A DNA stretch of 64,000 nt, from the NCBI GenBank assembly GCA_963575745.1, contig CAUYUJ010000259.1, positions 124,001 through 188,000 of the forward strand. Direction: 5' to 3'. A program made the position numbers and the translations under genes. The notes beneath the pieces were generated by a model, which saw only the letters and a list, made by a program, of their open reading frames with translations, ran no database searches and was not told the DNA's origin. Of this stretch, positions 23,411 through 36,330 are shown in pieces. The DNA is from Prorocentrum cordatum. Taxonomy: Eukaryota. Numbering within the stretch: the first letter of the stretch is position 1; every line of letters begins with the position of its first letter.

Positions 23411-23635
23411 CTCAAGACCTCTTAGATGGGGCCCGAGTGGTTGGGCTCGGAGGACCGCGCCCTATCATCGGTGCATCGACGACGCGGCTCGTGGACGAGC
23501 CCGGTTTTCATGTACGCTGGCGTCGCCGATGCGTCGCCGATGCATCGCCGATGCGTCGGCGATGTGTCGCCGATGCGCCAATGCATCGGCGTCGGCGCGA
23601 TCCTCCAAACCCATTTACTCTGACCCCATCTAGGA
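23411..23635. mobile_element. MITE-like palindromic element (CTAGATGGGG...GCATCGCCGATGC...CCCCATCTAG family)
   Basis: Same ends and interior as 53402-53647; other copies at about 41155-41310, 52278-52512 and 54301-54370 (partial). Confidence 0.7.
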
Positions 23636-25051
23636 TTACGCTGTTCCAGCCTACTTTAGCCTGGTCCACTTGAAAACACTTCGGGCCCCTGGAAGCGATA
23701 CCTCGCTGGACCCTGTCTCGGTGCGTTTTCCTGGGTGCCCGAGATGTTTGTTTCTTGGATGTGGTCTTCAAGTACGATGGGAGCAATAGCAGGCCTGTCG
23801 TGGAGGGATGACGTCGAGCGTTCTCCTCGGTTCGCGCCGGCCTTCCGGCCCCTCGGGGTGCCCATCCAGACGCCGCGCCTCGAATCGGGGGGCGGTCCCG
23901 GGGCCGCCGATCGGCCGCCGGATGGCTGCCGCGCTGTGGCAGCGACGGCTCGACTGATCGCGTGTCAGCTTGTTGGTGGGGATGAGCTCTGGGCCGGCCC
24001 ACGCGTTCTGCCACCAGCCATTACTGAAGGGCCTGTTTTCCACCACCCCCACCGCGTCGTCCTCCTCCTCTTCCTTCGTCCTCCTCCTCCTCCTCCTCCT
24101 GCCGCTACTCCTCCGTCTCCCTGTCCTTCTTCCCCCCATCCAACATATGGTGGTGGTGGTGGAAAACAGGCACATCAGTCACGGTGACCCCCCCCGCATG
24201 CCTACGCATCATCGTAGCATGCCTGGGCAAGGCCGTGTCGATGCCTCGGATGCCCAGGCATCCGCACGGGTGTGCCTGCGCATGCATCGAGGGACGCGTC
24301 CATGGACGTAGCTGGGCGTAGCCGATGCCCAGGCATCGACCTGGTGATGCCTAGGTATCGAGCTGGCGATGCCTCGGCATCGGCAGGAGGGTGCGCAAGA
24401 TGGGCATCGATGGTTCCAGGTACCAGAGCCACTGGGCCGTCAGGGGTGGACGCCTCGACCCAGGAGGGTAAAAAACACAGACGCCATTGATCGCCGGTTC
24501 CCAGAAGAATGCCATCCAGGAGGCCTCCATATGAGCGCGAACACGCGACCCCTGGACGGGCCGGGGCCTCGTGGCAGGCAGACGCCGGCGACGAGCTCTT
24601 CGAAGAGGCGGCTGCCGAGCTGGGCGCCGCCGCTGCCGGCGCCGCGGAGGCCGACGAGGCCCCCCCACCCGCGCGCGTTGGGTCGCCGGCGTGGTCGCGG
24701 CCGCCGTGGCCGTCGTCGTTGTGCCCTGAGGTCCCAGACCTCCAGCGTGTGGCAGACGTCACGACGCACGTGTGTGCTCGACCGAGGTTCCTCCCCGCAA
24801 GCGGAAGGACCACATCCCAGAAACAATTTCGGGCACCGAGAGCGGTATCGAGATATTGTCGAACGAGTATTGCCTCCGGGGGCCCGACGCGTGAAAACCC
24901 TCAAGCGTCAGTACTTTCTTGGTGCTCGAAAGTATTACTTGCGATCAAGGCTACACTAGGTTTGAACATCTGAATCCCAGACCTCTAAGGTGTCGAAGAA
25001 GTCAAGACGGGTATGTTCCTCGACGAAGAACACCATGAGCATGCACTTTTG

Positions 25052-25180
25052 GCGCTCCGCGCGGATTGCTTGGATCCGCGCCGGGCCCCCCAAGCGGCGC
25101 CTCCGCCGCCGCCCCTGGCGCGCTCCGCGCGCCAGGGAGGGGGGTTCCAGCGCAGATCCAAGAAATCCCCGCGGAGCGCC
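25052..25180. mobile_element. ~130-bp MITE-like element (GCGCTCCGCGCGGAT...ATCCGCGCGGAGCGC family)
   Basis: Inverted ends; related copies at about 16698, 28222, 30219, 37135, 38899, 54388 and 56801. Confidence 0.7.
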
Positions 25181-25265
25181 GGCAGTGTATGTTTACTGCG
25201 TTTTTCTTCGTTGTAGTTTTAAGTGAGGCACGTCCCTCTACAAGAAGAATATTCAAAAATAGTTG

Positions 25266-25868
25266 TTCCCAACCATCCTGTGGTGTTGGGTCCTCGTTTT
25301 GAAGAGACAGCGCCCCGCGTGTCCTCACCTTCCTTCCTCCTCCCCCTCCTCCCTCCTCCCCCTCCTTGCCTCTGTTCTCGGCACACCTCTCACACGTTTC
25401 GTAGCCCCATAGGGGGCTCCACCGAAGGCCCCAGTGGTTGCTCTCGCATGCGTTTCCCCCACCCTGGGCAGCGCTTCGTGGCCCCATAAGGGGGCTCCAC
25501 CGAAGGCCCCAGTGGTTGCTCTCGCATGCGTTTCCCCCACCCTGGGCAACGTTTCGTAGCTCCATAGGGAGCTCCACCGAAGGCCCCAGTGGTTGCTCTC
25601 GCATGCGATTCCCCCGCCCTGGGCAACGCTTCGTAGCTCCATAGGGAGCTCCACCGAAGGCCCCAGTGGTTGCTCTCGCATGCGATTCCCCCGCCCTGGG
25701 CAACGTTTCGTGGCCCCATAGGGAGCTCCACCGAAGGCCCCAGTGGTTGCTCTCGCATGCGTTTCCCCCACCCTGGGCAGCGTTTCGTAGCCCCATATGG
25801 GAGCTCCAACGAAGGCTCCAGTGGTTGCTCTCGCATGCGTTTCCCCCACCCTGGGCAGCGTTTCGCAG
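25266..25868. repeat. Satellite-carrying element, copy 2 (77-78-bp units), right end missing
   Basis: Same hairpin head at 25266; units start at 25396, 25473, 25551, 25628; preceded by a MITE left half at 25219-25265. Confidence 0.85.
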
Positions 25869-28698
25869 CGTTTTACAACCTCGTCAAAACAGTTGTTCAG
25901 CACAATTGCAACATGGATGTTCCTTGAGTCTTGCAGAACAGGGTTTCAGAATCTTGCCCCAACAGCTTGAAGGCTTAACAACCAGTGTTCGGCAGGTTCA
26001 GAACCAGAGCTCGACATTGGAATCTGCCTCTGAACATGTTATGGTTCATCTCGCAGCACGTTTGAAATTGACAATCCAAGTTGGGTTATATATATGTTAT
26101 ATTATATATAGATATGTAACACGGTGGTCATACAAGTCGATACGATAGTCAATATAACCATGCTAATGTCTTTATACATTCGATTCACTTCTATGAAGTC
26201 TAATAAATTGTTGCAGAAAGGCGGATTCATTCAAGTGGCTTTGCACTTTTTGCACCACGGGCGACTCTGGCTCGCTTCGGGCCCCCCTGGGCCCTCACGG
26301 ATCGCTCTTGCTCGGATCGTTGTTGCAACAAGAGTGGGCCCAGGGTTCCGGCCGAGATTTCCTGAGATTTTTGTGTATGTTTTTGTGTTTGATGTTGGGG
26401 TGGTCGTCGAGTCGTCGCCGCGGTCGTCGCCAGCCCCGGCCGCCTCCCGCTGTGCCGGGCCCGTGCCACCGCATGCTGCATGTCAACATAGAGCGAGGCG
26501 CACGCACATGAGGTCAACGCGTCACGATCGGACCGAGGTATAGATCGAGATCTGTTCGGGGAGGGTGCCCTGATGTTCTTCGTGTATCTTGGCTGTTCCC
26601 GTGCATCCTTGGGGAGGGTTGCCTCGAAGATTTTTCATATTGGCCGGCGGATGGTCTCATGTTGTTGAGGGGTGTTCTTCTGTTCTAGATCTGGCCGTAT
26701 CCCTATAGGCGATAAAAGGGCGTCACCGGGGGAGTGATGGAGTTGAAGGGGGCCATTACCGTACGTTTTTTCGCTCCGGCGCCGTCTGGGGATGTCGAGG
26801 AAGAGCGAAAGACAGCTTGAGCACGAATCGCGACGTCACCTCGGGTCGTGAGGATGGCGGCCGGGGCCGGTAACGGCCGCCATCACGAAACATAGAACCA
26901 CATAGATACGCCAGGCGATCATCTCGAGGCGGCCCGCGCTGTTCCACGGCTAGCTGAGCTCACTCTTCGCCACTGCACGGACGCTCGGCGATGCGGTGAC
27001 TCTGGTAGGCGCTCTGGTTCGAAGCTACGCCCCCGCCGCCTGGGCCGTCGCTGGCGTCGGATCTCGGGCTGCTCGTCGTCGTTGCCACGGTCGTCGCCGT
27101 GGCCGTTGCCGCCGAGCCCAGGTCGTGTTCGCCGTGGCCGTGGCCGCAGTCGTCGCCGTGGTGGTCGTCGTCGCGGTCGTCGCTGTGGTCGTCGCAGCCG
27201 TGCCGTCGCCGTGCCCCGCCGCCTCCCGCCCCGCGGCCCCCATTGTGTTGTGCGCAAGCGTTGGCGCGTGCCAGGAGCCTCCTCCATGACAAGCATGGAT
27301 CCCTCGCCTCTCCGTGCTGCATCTGTGCTGCTTTCGCGTTTACGCGTTACTCCGCGCGGGGCGGCGGAGTTTTTGACTATAGAGAGAGAGCTGGAACAAA
27401 ACAACAAAGAAAGAGAACACGATAACCATGCAATGACCACTGGCCCGAGACAAAACACAGCAACAAACATCATGCCATGCGCAATCGAACAGGGGGAGCT
27501 GCGTACAGAGGAGGAGGAGGAGGAGGAGGAGGAGGAGGAGGAGGTGGAGCAGGAGAGAATGATGATGATGATGAGGAGGAGGAGGAGGAGGAGGAGGAGG
27601 AGGAGGTGGCGGGCGAGCAGGAGAACGAGCAGGAGGAACGGGGGAGGATGAGGAAAGGAGGGGGGGGGGAGCGAGCAGGATGGAAGGATGGATCATGTGG
27701 GGAAAACAATGCCGAAACTGTGATCTACGCGTCCCTAGTCGCGACGGCTGGATTCTTCTCGAAGGCCTGGCCAGAAAGCGCCCTAGGAGCGGTCTGGGGA
27801 GTAGCAGCATCGGTACCGTTCTGCCCCCCCCAGTGAAGGCAGGCGGAAGGGAGGAGGTGATGGGGTGGAAGGGGGGGGGGCGAAGGGAGGGGGGAAAGAT
27901 GGAGAGGGGAGTACAGGGAATGGGGGAGGGAGGGAGGAGAGAGGAGGGACTGCTGGAGCTTGCTTGGGGTCGCCGCCCCCCCCCCGGGCATCGAGGAGGT
28001 GGCCGCTGGGCCGGTGGGCGCCACCGCGGGAGCCCCGCGGTCCCCAGAGGACCTCTGGCCTCCGCCAGCGGTGCCACTGCCCGCCGCTCGCCGCCGCCGC
28101 CGGCCCTCACGAGCGACGGACAGCCCTGGCCCCGTTCCTCGAAACAAAGAGAGCAACGGCACGAGCATGTGGTCGAAACCCATGTGGAAGAGGACACATC
28201 GGCAAATCAACATAAGCCTGTGGCGCTCCGCGCGGATGTCTTGGATCCCCGCTCGACCCATCCCGGTGGCGCCTCCGGCGCCGCAGATTTAAGCAATCCG
28301 CGCGGAGCGCAAACACATGGACAGTTCTAATACAGTGGAAACCCATGCCGAGGTTTCTTGGGACTCGGTGGTTTTGCTGTGGAGACCGTGACGTTCACAC
28401 CAAAAACTAATGGAAGTCCTTGAGTTCCAGTGTTGGGTTTCTTGTTGAGGGCTTCTTTTGGTCGAGCTCCCACTGTATTTTGTCATGGGCCAGCAGAAAT
28501 ACTGGGGAGGCTTGTCCGAGTGGTGGTGGTCCAGGTGGTGGGGAATCCGGATCGTTGCTGGGTTGTCCGAGGGGTTGTCCGGTCCGCGTTGTATTGTCAG
28601 CTCGTGCGCGTGCCATTATCGTGCATACCATTAAGCCGGTCCTTTTCCGTGTATAGGAGGAATATTCAAGAATAGTCATAAATAGCCTGGGGACGATT

Positions 28699-30074
28699 TT
28701 CCGTGGTGTGTGGTCCCCGTTTTGTGGTGTTCGGTCCCCGTTTTGAAGAGACAGCGCCCTGCGTTCTCCCTTCCTCCTCCTCCTCCTCCTCCCCCCCCCT
28801 CCTCCCCCCCCCTCCTGGCCTCTGATCTTCGCATGTTTCTGTTTCGGCACACCTCACACATTTCTTGGCCGCATAGGGAGCTCCACGAAGCCCCCAGTGG
28901 CAAAGTTCGCATGAGGTTCCACTTCGATTTTGGCACACCCTCACACGTTTCTGTAGTCCAATAGGAAGCTCCACCGAAGGCTCCAGTGGCAAAGTCCGCA
29001 TGCGGTTCCACCCAAATTTCGGCACACCCCTCACACCGTTCGTGGACGCATAGGAAGCTCCACCGAAGGCCCCAGTGGCAAAGTTCGCATGCAGTTCCAC
29101 CCAAAATTCGTCGCACTGATCACACGGTTCGTGGCCCCATAGGGAGTTCCACCGAAGGTTCCAGCGGCAAAGTTTGCATGCGGTTCCAACCAAACTTCGG
29201 CACACCAATCACACGTTTCGTGGCGCCATAGGGAGCTCCACCGAAGGCCCCAGTGGCAAAGTTCGCATGCGGTTCCACCCCCATTTCGGCACATCCCTCA
29301 CACGGTTCGTGGCTCCATAGGAAGTTCCACCGAAGGCTCCAGCGACAAAGTTCGCATGCGGTTCCACCCAAACTTCGGCACACCAATCACACGCTTCGTG
29401 GCCCCATTGGGAGCTCCACCGGAGGCCCCAGTGGCAAAGTTCGCATGCGGTTCCACCCCCATTTCGGCACACCCCTCACACGTGTCGTGGCCCTATTGGG
29501 AATTCGCAGGAAAGTTCGCATGCGGTTCCACCCCCATTTGGGGACACCCCTCACACTGTTGGTGGCCCCAGAAAGAGCTCATTCGAAGGCCTCAGTGGCA
29601 AAGTCCGCTTCGCATGCGGTTCCACCCCCCATTTTGGCACACTCCTCACGCGCTTCGTGGCCCCATAGGGAGTTCCACCGAAGGCCCCAGTGGCAAAGTT
29701 CGCATTCGGTTCCACCCCCCATTTTGGCGCACCGCTCACACGTTTCGTGGCCCCATAAGGAGCTCCACCGAAGGTTCCAGCGGCAAAGTTCGCATGCGGT
29801 TCCACCCCCAGTTCGGCACACTCCTCACACGCTTCGTGGCCCCATTAGGAGCTCCACCGGAGGCCCCAGTGGCAAAGTTCGCATGCGGTTCCACCTCCAT
29901 TTTGGCACACCCCTCACGCGCTTCGTGGCCCCATAGGGATCTCCACCGAAGGCCTCATTGGCAAAGTTTGCATGCGGTTCCACCCATATTTGGGCACACC
30001 TCTCACACGCTTCGTGGACGATGATCACACTTGAGGCACCTTCACCTTCGCACGTTTGGGTCCTTCGCCAGGCC
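28699..30074. repeat. Satellite-carrying element, copy 3 (89-bp units), inside a MITE
   Basis: Variant head, units at 28895, 28984, 29073, 29162, 29251..., end TTGGGTCCTTCGCCAGGC at 30056-30073; MITE halves at 28631-28698 and 30075-30139. Confidence 0.85.
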
Positions 30075-30914
30075 AATGCTGACTATGTGTTTGCTCTTTC
30101 TTCCAAAAGCCGCTTGTTGGAGGACATGCTGGACCTACACATGCCATCCACAGCATGTCACCACCAGGGCCGTTCCTCGAAGGATAGAGAATGGCATGAC
30201 CATAAACCGTGTGAGCCTCGAGCGGATGTCCTGGATCGGCTGTGGGCCGCCTTGGCGGCGCCTCCGGAGCCGCCCCTCTGGCGCGCTCCCCACGCCGCGG
30301 ATGGAGTCCAGCGCCGATCCAGGAAATCCGCGCAGGGCTCCAAAAGTGTGCTTATGTCGTTCGTATTCCCTCTGGTTCCGTGCTCATATGTTCCTTCCTC
30401 AGGTTGCCAAGATGGCTCATGTTGTTTCTAGCTCAGCTGACTTCCCGTTGTTTCCGGGTTACCCGTGATGATGTTATGGTGTATAGCGGTGCCGAGTAAT
30501 TCTGTGAAAATACAGGCCATTGCCATACACATGCGCATTCATTTACGCATACATACATATACGTTTTAGGCAGCGTGGACCCCAACCAGCGTGCTTCTTG
30601 CAATCCATGTTGTGCAGTCCATGTTGTGCAATTCATGTTGTGCAATCCATGTTGTGCAATCCGTGTCTCTCATCTGTGCAACATTTGTAGTGCAATTGAT
30701 ACGGCGCAATACATGTGGTACATTCTATGCTGTGCAATTCACTTGCCGAACTTGATGTTGTCAACTCCACTGCTCGCGCAATCATCCCACCCACCCACCC
30801 GCAACTTGGTTTGCAAAACCCATGCGGGACCGAGCACAGATATTGCTCCGGGGTCGTCTTGGAGCCCTTGGGGGCGTCTCAAGAGCGCCCCAAGAAGGCC
30901 GGAGAAGCAAGACG

Positions 30915-31440
30915 GCCGACGACGAGGAAGACGACGACGGCGGCGGCGACGACGACGACGCCGACGTCGACGAAGACGACGACGCCGAGTCCGACGACGA
31001 CGACGAAGACGACGACGATGTCGCCAACGAAGACGACGACGAGGGAGGAGGGAGGACGACGACGGCGACAACGACGACAACGACGACAACGAGGGAGGAG
31101 GGAGGACGGCGACGACGCGAACGACGAAGAAGGAGGAAGGACGGCGACACCGACGACGACAACGACGAGGGAGGAGGGAAGACGACGACGAGACGACGAC
31201 GACAACGACGACGACGACGGCGACGAAATAGGAGGGACGACGACGAGACGCCGACGACGGGCGACGACGACGACGACGACGAGGGAGGAGGAGGGAGGAC
31301 GACCACGACGACAACGACGACGGAAACGACCACGACGCCAAAGAGGACGACGACGACGAACACGAGGAAAGACACAGGACGACGTAGGCGACGACGACGA
31401 CGACGCGGGAGGGGAGGACGGCGACGACGACGACGACGCC
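30915..31440. repeat. (GAC)n-rich microsatellite
   Basis: Degenerate GAC triplets interspersed with GAGGGAGGAGGG. Confidence 0.9.
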
Positions 31441-32000
31441 GCAAGAGCGCGCGCGCACGCTTTTGTTGAAAATCCGTGTTTCGAAACCTTGTGTTTTTGT
31501 AGGGTTTTTGAACGCGCGATTTTGAAGTCCTTCCGAAACCGATGGGTTTTGAAGGATTTCGGCGTAACCCCGGGAAGCAATCAGTAAACCCCCCTCCCCC
31601 CCCCCCCCTCATCAGAGGAAATTATAACGCTTCCGGCACCGGGGCCGGTGCGGAAGCGATATCCCCCGCAGGTCACAAAAGGTCCGCGGAGGGGAGGTCC
31701 CCGGAGGTTCCCGGGAGGCATCCAGAAAGGCCTCCACAAGCCTCTGAATACCCGGTCCCCTTGTAGTCCAGAGCCCAGCGACAATGCACACCTGCCCAGA
31801 GTCGCTTCCTGTGATTCTGTGCGTTTCTGTTGGATTCCTCAGAGATTCCTTTGATACTCCGATTGGCTTCTTTTAAGATTCCTTGCCGTTTCCATTGTGA
31901 TTCTTTTTGGGCTCCTTTGAGACTCCTCTGGTGTTCCTTTGATGTTATTCTGGGGGTTCCTTGAGGTTCTGGTCATATCCCTTTGATGCCCCATTGCTTA

Positions 32001-32764
32001 AGGGAGCATCACATCGACATCCGGGGCCGGTGGATTATTTTATTTTCAATAAATGTGCTAACATATCGCGGGGGTGTTCGCGGAATTCGTCTGCGATATC
32101 CCTCCGTGGACTCTCCCATAGGATCCCCTGAAATAATCAATTGCACTATTGCTGTCGCAATAGGGATTGCTTATGTCCACGCGAGCCCGCGTTTTCCAAA
32201 TTCCTTAGATTCCTTCGTGGTTCGTTTGAGCTGCCGCTGAGATGCCTTTGCGATTTCTGTTGGGCTCCTTTGAGATTGCTTTGAACTTCCATTGGTTCCT
32301 TTGATATTATGCGTCGTATTCCTTGTGATATTCTTATGGGATTCCTTTGGGGGTCCTTTCAAGTTCCTCTGACATTCCTTCGGCAATCCCTGAAGGGAGC
32401 ATCACATCGACCTCCGGCGCCTGTGGATTATTTTATTTAAATGTGCTAACATATCGCGGGGGGGTTCGCGGAATCCGTCTGCGATATCCCTCCGTGGACT
32501 CTCCCCTAGGACCCGCTGAAAAAAAAAAAAAAAAAAAAAAATCCCCATTGCGGTCGCAAAAGGGCTTGCTTATGTCCACGCGAGCCTGCGTTTTTCAGAT
32601 TCCTTAGATTCCTTCGTGGTTCGTTTGAGTTGCCGCTGAGATCCCCTTGCGATTTCTGTGGGGTTCCTTTGAGATTACTTTGAATTTCCAGTAGGGTTCC
32701 TTTGAGATTCTGCGTGGGCTTCCTTCTGAGATTCCTCTGGGATTCCTTTGGGGGGTCCTTTCAA
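32001..32764. repeat. Tandem duplication of a ~390-bp unit
   Basis: AGGGAGCATCACATCGAC...ATGTGCTAACATATCGCGGGGG...CCCTCCGTGGACTCTCCC at ~32001 and ~32394. Confidence 0.9.
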
Positions 32765-34084
32765 GTATAGTTGCTTGCGGTGATTTCATTGTTTGTCATG
32801 TTGGATTTACCCTTGATATTCGATGCGCGTCAATTTCCCAGTGTTCTAGCAAGGCGGGAACCCATGGGCAAGCTTTCGTGCGCATTGGTTCTTCAGGCTG
32901 TCGCCTCACGTTGCCGCCAGCTTCGGGCCCAGGGGAAGGAAAATTAGTTATTATTGTATTTAAAACAAATTCTTATGTGCTAAAGATATCGCCGGAGGGC
33001 GCCGCCCAACATGATTATTTATTTTATTTTCTGTGCTAGCGATATCGCCGGGGGGTTTACAGTTTGCTTCCCGGGGTTACGCGCGCGACGACGCGCGCGT
33101 CTGCACCTCGTCCCTTTTTTCCGAGGATTCTCGCGACGGCGTACGCGCAAGGGCGTTCGACAGATTTCGACATGCGCGCGCAACGCCCGTTTGGTAGCAT
33201 GTTGTGAAAATCTTGTACAAAACCAATGTTTTTTGTTTTTGTTTTAAAGATTTTGCAAGAGCTCGCGCGTAAGCTTTTTTAACACACCAGTGTTGCGAAG
33301 CCCTGTGTTATTGTATGTGTTTTGGGAAACTCGATTGCGAATTTTTTTCCGGTGCCGAAGGTTTTTAAATACAGATTTTGGCATGCGCGCGCGACGACGC
33401 GCGCGTGCGCATTTCGTCATATTTGTTGCAAGGGGTTCGTGACAAAGTGTTGTGTTAGAACAACAAGTGTCACCGCATGTTTTTTTTTTATATTATAAAC
33501 AAGGGAATTTCAGGGGGGGAACCCGATTGGCCTGGGACATTGTGCTTTCATTTTTAGGATGGACATGTGGTCATAATCATATGTGATCTACATACCCGAA
33601 GTGGGGGCGATAAATCCGGGGGGGGGGACTCTATTTTCCTTTTAGAATGGAGAATCTACGTGGAACAATACATGTGGTACAACCTGTGTTGTGCAACATA
33701 TGTGGTGCAACATCAGCTGAGCTATATATGTGGTGCGTCCTATGCGATGCAACATCCGTAGTGCAACCAATGTGCCGCCATGGACGATGTGCAACATATC
33801 GGGTCCAACCTAGGTCATGCAACATACGTGGTACAATCTAGGTTGCGCCATCTATGTTGTGCAGTCACTATCATGCAGTGAAGATGGCGCACTATAGGTT
33901 GTGCAATATGCGTGATACAACCGTGGTTGTAGAAAACATAATGCACGGCTTATGTGGTACAATCTCTGTGGTGCAATCGATTCTCGGGCGTAGCCCGAAT
34001 TTGTTTCTCGCGAGGTGAAGTGGACTGGACGGGACTGGACTGACGTAAACTCAACTGAATTGGACGGACTGGCCGCACTCGTTA

Positions 34085-35010
34085 CGCGACGGTTTTAATC
34101 TCGGCGGCTGAGGGCGCAACCTATGGCGCAACCGATAGGAGACTGTTCTATTCTCGGCCGCCGTGGGCGCAACTTATCGCGCAACCGATCGGAGACTGTT
34201 TTGTTCTCGGCCGCCTGGGGCGCAACCAATGGCGCAGCTGATAGCAGACGGTCTTATTCTCGGTCGCCGAGGGCTCAATCTATGGCGCAACCGATAGGAG
34301 ACGGTCTTATTCTCGGCGCCAGATGGCGCAACCAATGGCGCAACCGATAGGAAACGTTCTTGTTCTCGGCGGCCAAAGGCGCGACCTATAGCGCAACAGA
34401 TAGGACATGGTTTTATTCTCGGCCGCCGAGGGCGCAACATATGGCGCAACCGATAGAAAATGGTTTTATTCTCGGTCTCCGAGGGCGCAACCTGTGGCGC
34501 AACCCACAAGAGACGGCTTTATTCTCGGTGCCACAGGGCGCAAGTTATGGCGCAACCGATAGGAAACGTTTTTTTTCTTCGGCGGCCGAGTGCGCAACCT
34601 GTGGCGCAACAGGTAGGATTGGTTTTATTCTCGTCCGCCGAGGGCGCAACCTGTGGCGCAACAGGTAGGAGACGGTTTTATCATTGGCGGCCGAGGGCGC
34701 AACTTATGGCGCAACCGCTAGGAGACGTTGTTATTCTCTTCGGTCGGGGGCGCCACCGATGGCGCAACATATAGGAAACGGTTTGATTTTCAGCCGCCGA
34801 GGGCGCAACCTATGGCGCAACCAATAGGAGACGGGTCAGCTCGCAACCTATGGCGCAACCCAGAGGAGACGGCTTTATTCTCGGCCGATGGGGCTCAACC
34901 TATGCCGCAACCCAGAGACGGCTTTATTCTTGGCGCCAAAGGGCGCAACCTATGGCGCAATCAATCGGAGACGGCTTTATTCTCGTCGGCCGATGGTGTC
35001 AACCTATGTG
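34085..35010. repeat. 53-bp minisatellite (GGCGCAACCTATGGCGCAACCGATAGG core)
   Basis: TTCTCGG-like motif at 34098, 34151, 34204, 34257 and onward. Confidence 0.95.
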
Positions 35011-35769
35011 TGCCCTTGGCACGACCAGGGCGCCGTCAACGCACTCACCGTGCTGGGGGCCCGCGAGTAGTACGAGGACGAAGCGTGGGCATCCAAATGT
35101 ATGCGGGGCTACACCCGATGAATGCTCGCCGTTTGGGCTGGCGGTGGGGCCGGACTTGGAGCTGTCAATTCCACTGCTCGCGCAGACATCCCGCTGGCCT
35201 TCCGCAGCCTGGTTTGCAACCCCTATGCGACGGCGATTGCGATGAGTGCTTGGCGTGGGCTGGAGCATTTCTGCGGCCGTGCTAGCCTTTCTCGGCGTCG
35301 CGAAAATGATCGAGCGTCGCGCATCGTTGGGCGCGTAGGAAGTCAATGGACCTAGCAAGTGTTGGTGTGTCCCAGGGCACGTGTTGGGTCCCCGTGTCCC
35401 TTGGAGGGGTCCCAGGCCAGGGGCCCGGGATCCTCTTTGCTCTAGGACCCGTTTCCACCTGGGCGCGTGCGGGCGCCCACGCGGCGTGCGCACGGATCTG
35501 GCGTTCGCTCGGTCGTTTTGGGAACCGTTTCCTGCATGCTTGAAGTACTGGTGTGCCCATCTGCGGCTTATGGTCGTCCCATCTCTCGGGAGGGAAACAA
35601 GGTGCATCAACGACACGCCGAAGTTGGCAGCCCGTCAGCCGTGTTTGTCCGACGACCTTGTGTTTCTTACGCAGGAATGCGCGGATGGCTTCCCAACGGG
35701 CGCGTGCCTGTTTGGATGGCCCACCTCATAGTCTTCCTTGCTCTTCTTCCTCCTCCTCTCGTCCTCCAT

Positions 35770-36330
35770 TCCTTTTCCGTATGGATAACTCCTCCGTTCT
35801 CATCGCTTATGATTTTGAAGATGAATCCTTGACACATGTGGCTCTCGCTTTTCCCCGGCCCACATCCGTTATACAACTTGTACGTGTTTCACGGGTTTAG
35901 GGCGGTTCGTTTTCCACATGTGGTTCGCGTTTTAGCGCCGCGCACATCCGTTTTTGTTAACATTGCAAGTGTTTAACGGATTGAGGCGGCTCGTTTTCAA
36001 CATGTTTTCTTGCTCCAGCGCCGCTCACACTCGTCATAAGCATTTGCTAGAGTTTCATGGATTGGGGGCGGTTCGTTTTGAATATGTGGATTTTCGCTTC
36101 AGCGCCGCGCGCAGTCTTTGAAACCACTTGCAAGAGTTTCACGGACTCTTGTGGCCAGCGTACCGTAAGTTGTGCTCTGGAAGGATGCAGGGATGTATGG
36201 GTGCAACAGTTTAGTTGATTCTCGATGTTGAGGTCCCAGGAATGATGTTCTGGCAAGATTCAGGATCGTCAAGACGCAGCAGTCATGTTGACCCGTCGCG
36301 TTGGAGTCCCGAGAAGGATGGTTTGCATGC
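35770..36330. repeat. Dispersed element with internal tandem units; inverted copy at ~41470-42190
   Basis: ACTTGCAAGAGTTTCACGGA, CCCAGGAATG..GTTCTGGC and TTCC.TATGGATAAC recur reverse-complemented at 41810, 41545 and 42165. Confidence 0.75.

Noticed and set aside
17434..30015. CRISPR-like appearance of the arrays with a conserved palindromic core
   Set aside because: The sequence between cores is near-identical within each array rather than unique spacers, and there are no cas genes; these are satellites.
30575..31612. Asp/Thr/Arg-rich ORFs open in all frames
   Set aside because: (GAC)n microsatellite artefact.
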